From NCBI GenBank assembly GCA_963804955.1, contig CAWDSQ010000026.1, positions 32,001 through 96,000 of the forward strand: 64,000 bases of DNA, written 5' to 3'. Numbering within the stretch: position 1 is the first letter of the stretch; every line of letters starts with the position of its first letter. The position numbers were made by a program, and so were the translations under genes. Shown here one piece after another: positions 32,756 to 42,671 of the stretch. Below the pieces are notes generated by a model. That model searched no databases, had not been told where the DNA came from, and saw only the letters and a program-made list of their open reading frames with translations. Source of the stretch: an uncultured delta proteobacterium (GTDB taxonomy: Bacteria; Desulfobacterota; WTBG01; CAIYCZ01; CAIRTM01).

Positions 32756-32874
32756 TTAGACGTGTATGAAAAGTCATGTAATGTCATCCTGAACGAAGTG
32801 AAGGAAAACCGAGATTCTTCGCTGCGCTCAGAATGACAAAACAAAGGTTCTTCGGCTTTTCGTACACGATCTAA
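32756..32874. mobile_element. MITE-like element, TIR TTAGA(T)CGTGTAYGAAAAG, internal TGTCA-type REP doublet
   Basis: TTAGACGTGTATGAAAAG ... CTTTTCGTACACGATCTAA around TGTCATCCTGAACGAAGTGAAGGA ... ATTCTTCGCTGCGCTCAGAATGACA. Confidence 0.7.
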
Positions 32875-32883
32875 AAAACGGCA

Positions 32884-33939
32884 TTACCTCGCACAGGCCT
32901 GCTCACACACGGGCAGGCCGCAGCCGCCGCAGCCGGGGGCTGTGTCACACAAATCCCCTGTTCCGTCCCCATCGGCATCGAGCTGCTTTGAATTGCACAG
33001 GTTCGGGCAGTTATCCAGAGCATCGCCAACGCCATCATAATCCAAATCGCCAGGCTGCTCACAGGCAATTTGCCCGCAGCCGCCGCAGCCGGGAGTTGCG
33101 TCACAGGCATCACCTGTTCCGTCTCCATCGGCATCTGCCTGATAGACATTGCATATGGTCTGACAATTATCCAGGTCATCCTCAACGCCGTCACCATCTG
33201 TATCAACCAGTATCGTCAGGGTGCCCTGCAGGGTCACTGTGCATCCCCCCGTGCCCAGGCACCCCCCGCTCCAGCCGGCAAACGTCGAGCCTTCATCGGG
33301 CTCTGAGGTAAGAGTAATGGTTGTTAATGCCGTGTATGTTGCCGTGCATTCTGTGCCGCAATTGATTGTGCCATCGGAGCTTGTGATCGCGCCCGTTCCT
33401 GGCCCTGATTTTGCAATGAGAACATCACCTAATGTCCCATACTGTGCCGCGCGCACCGCCCGCACATAAAAGTCGACAGCCTTTTCGCTGCCGAAAATGC
33501 CGCCGCCCATAAAAAGAACACCCCAGGCGTAGTTTGCATCATTTGCATACGGCGTAGACGACCAGTACAAGGACGCCACTGTGTCGGAAAAATAAGTTGT
33601 ATTGATGCTCGGACCCGACGTGGGGGCGCCGCCATAGACAAGAGTTGCCAATTCCTTGACTGCCGGCAAACGCCAGTCATCATAGCCGCCAAGGCTGAGA
33701 TTAGCGCAGTACTCAAGGGCCTGCTGCCAGGTATAGGTGCCGGGCGCAGTTGCCTGCTGCCATATAAGGCCGGTGGCATTGTCCTTGACAACCCCGCCCC
33801 CGAGATCGGTATATGAACCGGAGGCAGCGGGGAGAGCTTCCGCACGAACCGTATCAGGAGCAGAAACGCCCAAAGCGGCACAGCAGAACAGCAGCAGCGC
33901 ACACATGGACAGACCATATCTCGATTTGCTGAACTGCAT
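32884..33939 (-). CDS. Secreted DUF1566 (Lcl C-terminal) protein with InlB-B-like repeat and thrombospondin type-3-like Ca-binding repeats
   Basis: Signal peptide; D..TGLIWQ, TWQQAL.YC, GYDDWRLP..KEL, YWSST, YVRAVR; GSTFAGWSGGC; two DxDGDG..D..DNC...PGCGGCG..CE units. Confidence 0.85.
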   Translation of the reverse strand: MQFSKSRYGLSMCALLLFCCAALGVSAPDTVRAEALPAASGSYTDLGGGVVKDNATGLIWQQATAPGTYTWQQALEYCANLSLGGYDDWRLPAVKELATLVYGGAPTSGPSINTTYFSDTVASLYWSSTPYANDANYAWGVLFMGGGIFGSEKAVDFYVRAVRAAQYGTLGDVLIAKSGPGTGAITSSDGTINCGTECTATYTALTTITLTSEPDEGSTFAGWSGGCLGTGGCTVTLQGTLTILVDTDGDGVEDDLDNCQTICNVYQADADGDGTGDACDATPGCGGCGQIACEQPGDLDYDGVGDALDNCPNLCNSKQLDADGDGTGDLCDTAPGCGGCGLPVCEQACAR

Positions 33940-34000
33940 ATACACCTCCCGTGAAAACCAAATTATCCACCCATTTTCTCGCAGCAAACAGCTCTAAACA

Positions 34001-34206
34001 GAAAGCACAAAAGGCACCCCCAAAGACAGGAGGTGCTCGTGGTACTGAACCAGCTATCTTAACTATTCGGGGAACTGCAGGAGACTAAAAAAGCAGGTTT
34101 TTCCGGCGGCTAAATCAAGAGCCCACTATTTCCCCAATCGACCGGCAATGCCTTTTCATCTTTTATTCTTATAGTAATACTATAGCACGTAGAAAGATTA
34201 TTTCAC
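34001..34206 (-). promoter_or_regulatory. Promoter + structured 5' leader + intrinsic terminator (homologous to 60939-61122)
   Basis: GTGAAA-16 nt-TATAGT; GGGGAA/TTCCCC stem; terminator GCACCTCC-tgtcttt-GGGGGTGC-CTTTT about 70 nt before the ATG. Confidence 0.6.
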
Positions 34207-34374
34207 GTTCTTGTCGTCCGCAATAAGGAATTGCTCCGCCTGCCGTGGCTGCCTTGAAAGGACAAAGCGATTTCGGCAGAATTACGCCCCTATCCTCTCC
34301 GCTTAGTGCTTTGACTAAAACCCGGCAATGCCAGTGCAGAGTTCACCCTCTGATTCGGCGAATTACGACGGTAC

Positions 34375-34404
34375 AAAAAAAGGCATGTCCGTACAAGACA
34401 TGCT
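34375..34404 (-). terminator. Intrinsic terminator downstream of manC and the structured element
   Basis: Minus strand GCATGTC-ttgtacg-GACATGC-CTTTTTTT. Confidence 0.7.
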
Positions 34405-34509
34405 CTGATTAGTTGCAATATATTAAAAAAAACCGGGGGTTAAAATGCTGAAATACGGTGAGAACTGCAAGGGCGAACGCCATTCGCCCCTACAAAAACA
34501 CATTGAAAA

Positions 34510-34782
34510 TGAGGCCATCGTTGCGGTTAATCCTAAATCGCCATCATACTCCGAATGCTGGTCAACTACACAAGCGAACAATCGCTATTCAGAGCCTGAA
34601 CGGACTGTACGTTTTCGTCGCAGGTTGCTGTTACAGTCATTTCGAACGAACCGTTGAGAAATTCGCACCTCAATCCCAACTTCAGAACAAGATTGCTTTC
34701 GCAGTCGAAGTGACAGGCCAAAGGGCGAACCTGACAAATATAAACGTCCATAGATGGTTCAGAGCTTTCGTTCAGCCACTAT
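34510..34782 (-). ncRNA. Candidate structured non-coding RNA / non-autonomous element
   Basis: No credible ORF; many helices by eye, GAAA and UUCG loops on the minus strand; family not identified. Confidence 0.45.
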
Positions 34783-35845
34783 TCACAGAAGCTCTTTCCT
34801 GCCCTGCCGCTCAAGCTCATCAACAATGCTGCGCACATCCTGTGCCCGGTCGCGGGGCACGACCAGCAGGGCATCTTCGGTTTCAACGACAACAATATCC
34901 TTCAGGCCGATGATGGCAGTGAGCTTTTTGGGCGAGAAGACCATGCAGTTTTCAGAATCAACGGCTATCACATCCCCGCGCAGGGCATTGCCCGCGCTGT
35001 CCTGAGGGGAAATATCATAAATGGCAGACCAGCTGCCGATATCGTTCCAGCCGAAATCGCCCGGAAGCGTGTATACTTCGTCCGCCTTTTCCATGACGCC
35101 GTAATCGATTGATATGGGCTGCACCTTGCCGTAGGCTTCGGCAATGGCTGCATCTATAGCAGGAGTGCCCCACATATCCTTCAGCGGGAAAAGCAGTTCG
35201 TGCATGGCGGGCAGATGTTTTTTTACGGCATCAAGAATGACCGAGGCTTTCCAGATAAACATGCCGCTGTTCCAGAGAAAATTTCCCCTGGGCCAGATAC
35301 TCCACGGCGCGTTCGCGATCAGGCTTTTCATAAAACTGCTCAACACGATATGCCCCGGAGATGCAACGCGATCTATCGTACTGAATATAACCATAGCCGG
35401 TTTCCGGCTGTGTGGGCGCTATACCGATTGTAATAAGTGCGCCGGTGTCACGGGCCGCATCTGCAGCGGCTGAAAGACAGCCGCGAAAGCCCTCCGGATT
35501 ACCGATATGATGATCAGCAGGCAGAACAAGCATGACCGCTTCAGGATTTTGTTTATAGATCTTTGTCGCGGCAAGGCAGATGCAGGGGGCAGTGTTCCGG
35601 CCCACAGGCTCGACAATGATATTTTCAGCGGGCACACCGGGCAGTTGTACCCGCACCAGGTCCGCCTGTTCAGCGCCGGTTACTATCAAAATATTCTGCA
35701 GGGGCACCAGCGGCGCGATACGCTCAACGGTCTGCTGCAGCATGGTGGCCTCTCCGGTTATATCAAGCAGCTGCTTGGGCATGGCGCCCCTGCTGCGCGG
35801 CCAGAACCGCGTTCCCCTGCCACCGGCCATAATAACTGCGTACAT
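34783..35845 (-). CDS. manC: Mannose-1-phosphate guanylyltransferase (frameshift near 35300)
   Basis: VIMAGGRGTRFWPRSR..PKQLL, EPVGRNTAP, LPADH, PETGYGYI, WNSGMF, ISIDYGVME, GWNDIGSW. Confidence 0.94.
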
Positions 35846-35877
35846 TGCATGTCCTCCCAAAAGCCTGATTTTTAAAA

Positions 35878-36068
35878 TTGATGAAATCGAAAAAAAGTCT
35901 CGGCGTCTGTCATTGCAAGGAGCCCTTCGGCACAGCTCAGGATAGACTCCGTGACGCGGCAATCTGGATTTTCGTAGGGGCTCAAAATTTTGAGCCCCTA
36001 ATACAAGACAGAGATTGCTTCACTTCTTTCGCAATGACAGTTTTTTTGACTTTGTAAAAGAGCATCAA
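35878..36068. mobile_element. MITE-like shell (TTGATG...AAAGTC / GACTTT...CATCAA) around a composite TGTCA+GTAG REP
   Basis: Core 35908-36039 shares about 70 identical bp with 43908-44016. Confidence 0.7.
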
Positions 36069-36260
36069 AATTATCCAGACAATAGACAGTCCGCCTGCGC
36101 TTGTCAATTGATATAACAGGCCGGGCTCGCTGCTGCAGAAGCTATTGACTGCTTGAACGGAAAAGCATATTCTTAATAACTGGATTTAGCGCATAAACAA
36201 AAAGTCATTTTTTTTGGTTGGGTTAAGCCCGGAAGAAACTACGCAAAAAGAGCCTGTTTC

Positions 36261-36347
36261 ATCCCCCTTTGAAAAAGGGGGATACAGGGGGTTTATTTTC
36301 GCCCAGCAAATCCCCCTAACCCCCTTTGCTAAAGGGGGAATTTTTTC
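36261..36347. repeat. CCCCCTTT/AAAGGGGG palindromic repeat (empty allele of 2561-2790)
   Basis: ATCCCCCTTTGAAAAAGGGGGATACAGGGGG...AAATCCCCCTAACCCCCTTTGCTAAAGGGGGAATTTT. Confidence 0.85.
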
Positions 36348-36454
36348 GACTTTCTTTTGTGTGGACGACGGACTGGCTTCTTTTCTCAAGAACCTGAAAC
36401 CTTGAACAGTTACGATTTTTTTCAATAACCACTTTAAGGGATAACCAGACAGTC

Positions 36455-36640
36455 ATGACCAAGCAGCCGGGATTCAAAGCATTGGAAAAACGCATCGAGG
36501 AACTCCTCGAAAAAAACCGTGACATCTCTCCGGACGGCATGCTCAACCTTTTGCGACAGGCCGACAGCAACCCGTCATTTGATATTGCAAAGGAAATTGA
36601 GCGGCTTCGCACTGCTTCCAGCACCGCAAAGGATGAATAA
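36455..36640 (+). CDS. Small hypothetical protein (61 aa)
   Basis: Helical-looking charged ORF with plausible upstream purine-rich RBS; no family recognised. Confidence 0.45.
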   Translation: MTKQPGFKALEKRIEELLEKNRDISPDGMLNLLRQADSNPSFDIAKEIERLRTASSTAKDE

Positions 36641-36687
36641 AACTCCTTCTTTTGCCCTTCCTGCACGACCCTGTGGCGGTTTCTCTG

Positions 36688-36716
36688 TTGACATATAGGC
36701 CGCAGGCTTTTATAAT
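36688..36716 (+). promoter_or_regulatory. Consensus sigma70 promoter of tkt
   Basis: TTGACA (36688-36693)-17 nt-TATAAT (36711-36716). Confidence 0.85.
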
Positions 36717-36764
36717 CCCCTATTCTTTTTTTATACTAATCGCATCTTACAAAAGAGGCCTATC

Positions 36765-38698
36765 ATGATAGAGCGCGGGTTTACCCACAAAAAACTGGAT
36801 GATGCAAGCGTTGCGGAACTCAAAGCCCTCGCCAGGCGGGCGCGCGGCGATATACTAACCATGACAACCCTGGCGGCATCAGGCCATCCGGGCGGCTCCA
36901 TGTCGTCGCTTGAGATGTACCTGACCCTGTATGCCTGCGCCCGGGTATTCCCCGGCGATCCGCACAACCCCGACCGCGACCGCATTGTTATCAGCCACGG
37001 CCACACCTCACCGGGCGCCTATTCGGCCCTTGCCGCAACCGGATTTTTCAATCGCGAGGACGTGATCACGGGCTTCCGCCGGGCCGGCAGTATCTTTGAA
37101 GGCCATGTGGAGCGCACGGTGCCCGGCATCGAGTGGGGCACGGGCAATCTCGGTCAGGGCCTGTCGGTCGGCTGCGCTTTTGCTCTCGGAGCGCGCCTGA
37201 AAAAGAAAAAATATCATACCTTCGTAATGATGGGCGATGGCGAACAGCAGAAAGGCCAGATATCGGAGGCCCGGCGCTTTGCTGCAAAATACAATCTATC
37301 AAATCTCACGGTGCTTATCGATTATAACCGCCTGCAGATTTCCGGCGATACACACACGGTAATGCCTCAGAACATAAAAGAAAATTTTCTCTCAGACGGC
37401 TGGAAGGTCATCGAAATCGACGGCCATAACCTGCATGAAGTGTACTGGCGCTCTTCATACCGCCGTCAACGATACCACGGGCCCCATGGCCATCATAGCG
37501 CGCACCGTCATGGGCAGGGGCGTATCGTTTATGGAAAACCTGGCCAAATACCATGGCTCGACGCTCTCAGAGGAGCAGTATCTCAAGGCCATGACAGAGC
37601 TCGGACTGCCCCCTGAGCTTGAGCCGTATAAGGAAAAACGAAAAAATACGCCCGTCAATGACGAGCATCGCCTTGCGGCTAACCCTGTCACTATTGCAGC
37701 CGGGCGATCCCATTATCTATGCCGCCGACACCAAGACCGACAACCGCTCCGCCTTCGGAAGCGCACTGAAAAGCATTGCCCAGGCAAACAAGGACCTTCC
37801 CGGTGCAAGCCCCATTGCTGTTTTTGACTGCGACCTTGCCACCTCCGTCAAGGTCGACGGGTTTGAGTCTGTGCAGCCCGACCATTTCTTCCAGGTGGGC
37901 ATTCAGGAGCATAATGCCGCTGCCATGGCCGGGGCTATTTCCACCGACGGCGTTGTTTCGTTTTTTGCCGATTTCGGCGTCTTCGGCGTCTGTGAAACCT
38001 ACAACCAGCACCGCCTGAGCGACATCAACCATGCAAACCTGAAGCTCGTGTGCACGCATGTGGGGCTTGATGTCGGCGAGGACGGAAAAACCCATCAGTG
38101 CATCGATTATATGGGGCTGTTCCAGAACCTGTTCGGCTTCAAGATCGTGCTGCCCGCAGATCCCAACCAGACTGACCGCGCCACGCGATTTGCTGCGACA
38201 AACCCCGGCAATTTTTTTCTGGGCATGGGACGCTCAAAAACACCGACCATTCTTGACGAAACGGGCAGCCCGTACTTCGGCACGGATTACACTTTCACCT
38301 ATGGTGCAATAGACGTGGTGCGCCAGGGAACGGATGCCGCCATCATAACCTGCGGCTGCATGCTGGCGCCTGCCATAAAGGCATGGGAGGCTCTAAAAAC
38401 AAAAGGAATCAGCGTGCGCGTACTCAATGTCTCCTGCCCCAAAGACCTCGACGAAGACGTTCTGGCAGAGGCTGCGGCAAACGGCATCATCATTACGTAT
38501 GAAGATCACAATGTGCATACAGGACTTGGCAGCATCGTTGCAAATCACCTTGCCACACGGGGGCTTCGGGCAAGGCTGCGCAAGCTGGGCGTAACGGCCT
38601 ATGGCATGTCGGGACCCACGTCCGATGTCTTCAAGGCTGCCGGGCTTTCAGCCGACGCGCTTGTACGGGCGGTGGAAGAAGAGGTCAAAAAGAAATAA
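36765..38698 (+). CDS. tkt: Transketolase (two frameshifts, near 37445 and 37700)
   Basis: SGHPGGSMS, SHGH, GNLGQGLS, GDGEQQKG...DYN (TPP motif), IDGH, GIQEHN, THVGLDVGEDGKTHQ, EDH. Confidence 0.94.
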
Positions 38699-38751
38699 GG
38701 ATTTGTTGGGTTCACCCTATGCAGGTGCTTCTTCACAAATAATTTATTTTC

Positions 38752-38810
38752 GCAGGTTGGGTTGAGGTACGAAACCCAAGCGGTTTCTTCCGGGCTTAAC
38801 CCAACCTGCA
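38752..38810. repeat. GYAG-type REP doublet
   Basis: GCAGGTTGGGTTGAGGTACGAAACCCAA...GGGCTTAACCCAACCTGC; partial copies near 36216 and 44024. Confidence 0.7.
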
Positions 38811-38846
38811 TTGAATTGATGTTAAATGCTCTAATCAGGACCGACC

Positions 38847-40368
38847 ATGCTTGAAACGATTACCAGTGGATTCAATAAAGCGCGCGACCGCTTCCAGGGT
38901 CGCATTGAGCTGACAGAAGGAAACATAGAGGACGCCCTCAAGGACATCCGCCTGTCGCTGCTTGATGCAGATGTGAATTTAAATGTCGCCAGGGGTTTTA
39001 TCAGCCGCGTAAAGGACAAAGCCATCGGCGAGGTCATCGATACGCGCGTCTCCCATAAGGGCAAAAAGCTCAAGGTCTCACCGGGCGATCACTTCATCAA
39101 TATCTGCTACGAAGAGCTCGTGGCCCTCATGGGCCCGGTTGATACGAGCATCACATTCGGCAAACGGCCCGTATCGGCCATCATGCTGCTGGGCCTTCAG
39201 GGCTGCGGCAAGACAACCACTGCCGGAAAGCTGGCGAGTTACCTGCGCGGCAAAAACAAAAAGCCCCTGCTGGTTGCCGCCGACATCTACCGCCCTGCGG
39301 CCGTGGAGCAGCTGAGAGTTATCAGCGAGTCACTGGGCATACCCTTCTTTTCGGTTAAAGACGCCCTCCCGCCGGTCATCTGCAGGCGCGCCCTTGATCA
39401 TGCAAAAGAAATCGGCTGCGATATAGCCATATTCGACACTGCCGGCCGACTCGCCATTGACGACACGCTCATGACCGAGCTTGAGCATATCGCTACGGCC
39501 ACGCAGCCGGAAAACACGCTGCTTGTCTGCGATGCCATGATCGGCCAGGACGCCGTGAAGACCGCCGAGGAATTCAACCGCAGGCTGAACATTTCGGGCT
39601 TTATCATGACCAAGCTCGACGGCGATGCCCGCGGCGGCGCGGCCCTCTCGATCAAGGAAGTGACCGGCAGGCCAATAAAGTTCCTGGGCACCGGCGAGGC
39701 GCTCGACCGTTTGGAAGAATTCCGCCCCGAGGGGCTTGCCTCCCGCATACTGGGTTTCGGCGACGTCGTCGGCCTTATGAAGGATTTCGAAGATGTCGTC
39801 GATGAAAAGAAAGCCGAAGAAGATGCCAGGCGCATGCTCAAGGGACAGTTCACCCTTGACGATTTTCTCGAGCAGCTTCAGGCCATAAAAAAGATGGGCT
39901 CCCTGCAGGATCTGGTGGAAAAAATACCCTTCTTCAGCAGGCTTGCAGGAAATGCTTCGGTTGATGACCGCGAAGTCGTAAAGGTTGAGGCCATCATCCA
40001 CTCAATGACAAAAGCAGAGCGGATCAATCCCGACATACTCAATGACAGCCGCAAAAAACGCATTGCCCGTGGCTGCGGCCGCACCATTAAAGACATCAAT
40101 GAAATCCTTAAGCGCTTCAAGACCATGCGCGACGTCATGAAAAATATGGGCCGCTCGGGCATGCTGAGCCGCATGGCAAGCGGCATTTCCAATCTGCCCG
40201 GAGTCGGGAGACGCGGACATACCCGGCATGGGAAACATGATGGGCAGCTCAATGCCCATGAGCACCTTTAATGCGCCGCCCCGCGAATTGTCGTCGGCCC
40301 AAAAGAAAAAAAACAAAGACAAGCGCAAACAGCAGAAGCAATCCAGAAAAAAAAGCCGTAAAAAATAG
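38847..40368 (+). CDS. ffh: Signal recognition particle protein (frameshift near 40210)
   Basis: LLDADV, GLQGCGKTT, DIYRPAA, DTAGR, TKLDGDARGGAALS, RILGFGD, M-domain IIHSMT..ER, SR.KRIARGCG; Lys-rich tail in a shifted frame. Confidence 0.92.
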
Positions 40369-40539
40369 TTCTCTCCACTGTCCTGTAATAATCAGCAAAA
40401 TAATCAGCCGTTCGTGGTGAGCCAGTCGAACCATGAATGGCCGCCCTTATACATGCTCAGGGCGAACGGATTTTGCAGCAGTTATTTTTTTATAAACTCA
40501 AAGCTTTCAAGCAACGCACAGTTTTTAACGTGGCACGCC

Positions 40540-41204
40540 ATGCCCGACACCCTTCACATTGCCGATCTTTTCCCCGACTGCGTCGCCACAGCCTGCATGC
40601 GCATCGGCCACAGCACCGGCGAGCTCTACCCGCAGGAACTGGCGCTCATACCTAAAGCCATTGACAAGCGCCGCTGCGAATTTGCAGCAGGAAGGGCCTG
40701 CGCACGGGAGGCGCTGGGCGCTATCGGCTATGCTCCGATGCCGATTCTGCAGGCTGCATCAAGAGCGCCGCTCTGGCCGGATGGCATCCTTGGAACCATT
40801 TCGCACAGCCACACCTGGGCAGGTGCTGCTGTTACGCGGGCTGATCAGCTGGCCGGCATCGGCCTTGATATTGAAACCGTCGGCCGCGTTTCCATGAACA
40901 TTGCCCGCAAAGTACTGACCGGCGCTGAGTCCGCCTTATTTCAAAGCTTGCGCGAGGAGGATCAGAAGGCACTTTCTCGCCCTTCTTTTCAGCGCCAAAG
41001 AGGCGGTGTATAAATGCCTGTCGCCTGTTGTATCAGTCCATATGGGGTTCCATGATGCAGAGGTACGCAAGACCGGCCCGTCTTGTTTTGAGGTCCGCAT
41101 GAGCCAAGAAATTTCACGGGCACAGCCCGGCATGCGCAAGCCTGACCGGCCATTATTTTTTTCATGACGGCTGCGTATTCACGGGCATTGCCCTTGAAGC
41201 ATGA
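40540..41204 (+). CDS. 4'-phosphopantetheinyl transferase, EntD/Sfp-like (frameshifted)
   Basis: KRR.EFAAGR.CAR, PLWP.G..G.ISHS, GIGLDIE, FSAKEAVYK in the next frame. Confidence 0.88.
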
Positions 41205-41306
41205 ACCTATCGGAAAAACACGCTTTTTCATTGACCAAACAGGCTTTTTAACCTATATTTTTTTTCTACTACTGAACTTTTATAAACATTTTTGGAGGAT
41301 ACACGG

Positions 41307-42245
41307 ATGGCAAAGTGGGCTTTTCTTTTTCCCGGACAGGGATCACAGTATGTCGGCATGGGCAAAGACCTGAAAGACAATTTCAAGGTTGCAGCCGATG
41401 TTTTTGCAGAAGCTGATGAGGCCCTCAGCGATAATTTATCAAAAATGTGCTTCGAAGGCCCTGAAAGCGACCTGAAGCTCACCATGAATACTCAGCCCGC
41501 AATCCTGACGGCAAGCATTGCTTCGCTCAAAGTTCTTCAGCAGGAAACGGGACTTGAGCCCGCAATCGTAGCCGGCCACAGCCTTGGCGAGTACAGCGCC
41601 CTGGTGTGCGCAGGCGCACTTTCTTTTGCAGATGCTGTGCGCATCGTGCGCAAAAGAGGCATGTTCATGCAGCAGGCCGTGCCTGTGGGTGTTGGCGGCA
41701 TGGCAGCCATCCTCGGTCTTGATACCGAGCTTGTCGAGCAGGCTTGCCGCGATGGCGCGCAGGGTGAACATGTCGCGCCCGCAAACTACAACTGCCCGGG
41801 CCAGATCGTCATCTCCGGCCATATGGAAGCCGTGAAGCGCGCCGTAGCCAAAGCCGAAGAGCTTGGCGCAAAGAAGGCCGTCATGCTGCCCGTCAGCGCA
41901 CCCTTCCACAGCGCCCTGATGAAGCCGGCGGCTGACATGCTCGGCGAAGCCCTTGCAGCCATTACTGTCAGCGACATCAAAATTCCGGTGCTGTCAAATG
42001 TCGAGGCGGATTTTTATCCATCCAAAGATGCGGCAAAGCAGCTGCTTACCCGGCAGGTGAACTCGCCCGTTCGCTGGATCGAACAGATGGACAGGCTCCT
42101 TGAACAGAAGCCCGACCGCGCCCTTGAAATCGGCCCCGGCAATGTGCTGTGCGGCCTCATGAGAAAAATCAGCCGCGATGTAAAGATTCAAAAAGTCGAT
42201 ACGCCGGATGATATCAAGGAAGTTGTGGAATCCCTCAAAGGCTGA
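41307..42245 (+). CDS. fabD: Malonyl-CoA:ACP transacylase
   Basis: FPGQGSQ, TQPAI, GHSLGEY, VSAPFHS, PVRW, EIGPG. Confidence 0.97.
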   Translation: MAKWAFLFPGQGSQYVGMGKDLKDNFKVAADVFAEADEALSDNLSKMCFEGPESDLKLTMNTQPAILTASIASLKVLQQETGLEPAIVAGHSLGEYSALVCAGALSFADAVRIVRKRGMFMQQAVPVGVGGMAAILGLDTELVEQACRDGAQGEHVAPANYNCPGQIVISGHMEAVKRAVAKAEELGAKKAVMLPVSAPFHSALMKPAADMLGEALAAITVSDIKIPVLSNVEADFYPSKDAAKQLLTRQVNSPVRWIEQMDRLLEQKPDRALEIGPGNVLCGLMRKISRDVKIQKVDTPDDIKEVVESLKG

Positions 42246-42267
42246 TTGCCGCACATTAATAGAGCAA

Positions 42268-42303
42268 TAAAAAAACCGGCCCTGAAAAGAGCCGGTTTTT
42301 TTA
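42268..42303 (+). terminator. Intrinsic terminator after fabD
   Basis: AAAAAAACCGGC...GCCGGTTTTTTT. Confidence 0.85.
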
Positions 42304-42671
42304 TTATGCCTGCTGATAATACTTTTTCACATGCAGCGCTGTCTGTAGTGTGCAACTTTCAAAAAAAGGTCTTATGAAGTCATAAAGGATTAAAAACTGC
42401 TATTCATGGGAGGCGCGAACAATGTACAAAAAGTATCACTGCAAAACGACTTATAAAGCAATCTTCTGTCCTTGCGAGACTGAGCCGACATCCGAATTGT
42501 TCTCGGATTCGGCTTCGCTCGCAATGACCCATGCCGAGATTTTTTACAAGGCTGTTAATACGTTGCACAGTGCAATTGCGCTACTTCCATCAGAAATATC
42601 ATGAGTATCAAAAAAACTCTATTTACAGCAGGTATAATAATTGTAAAATACTGCCAGTCTGGAGTGTATGC

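Noticed and set aside
34510..34782. tmRNA, RNase P RNA, 6S or SRP RNA
   Set aside because: Lacks tRNA-like ends and tag reading frame, the GAGGAAAGUCC motif and the SRP loop motif; no 6S-like single rod was evident.
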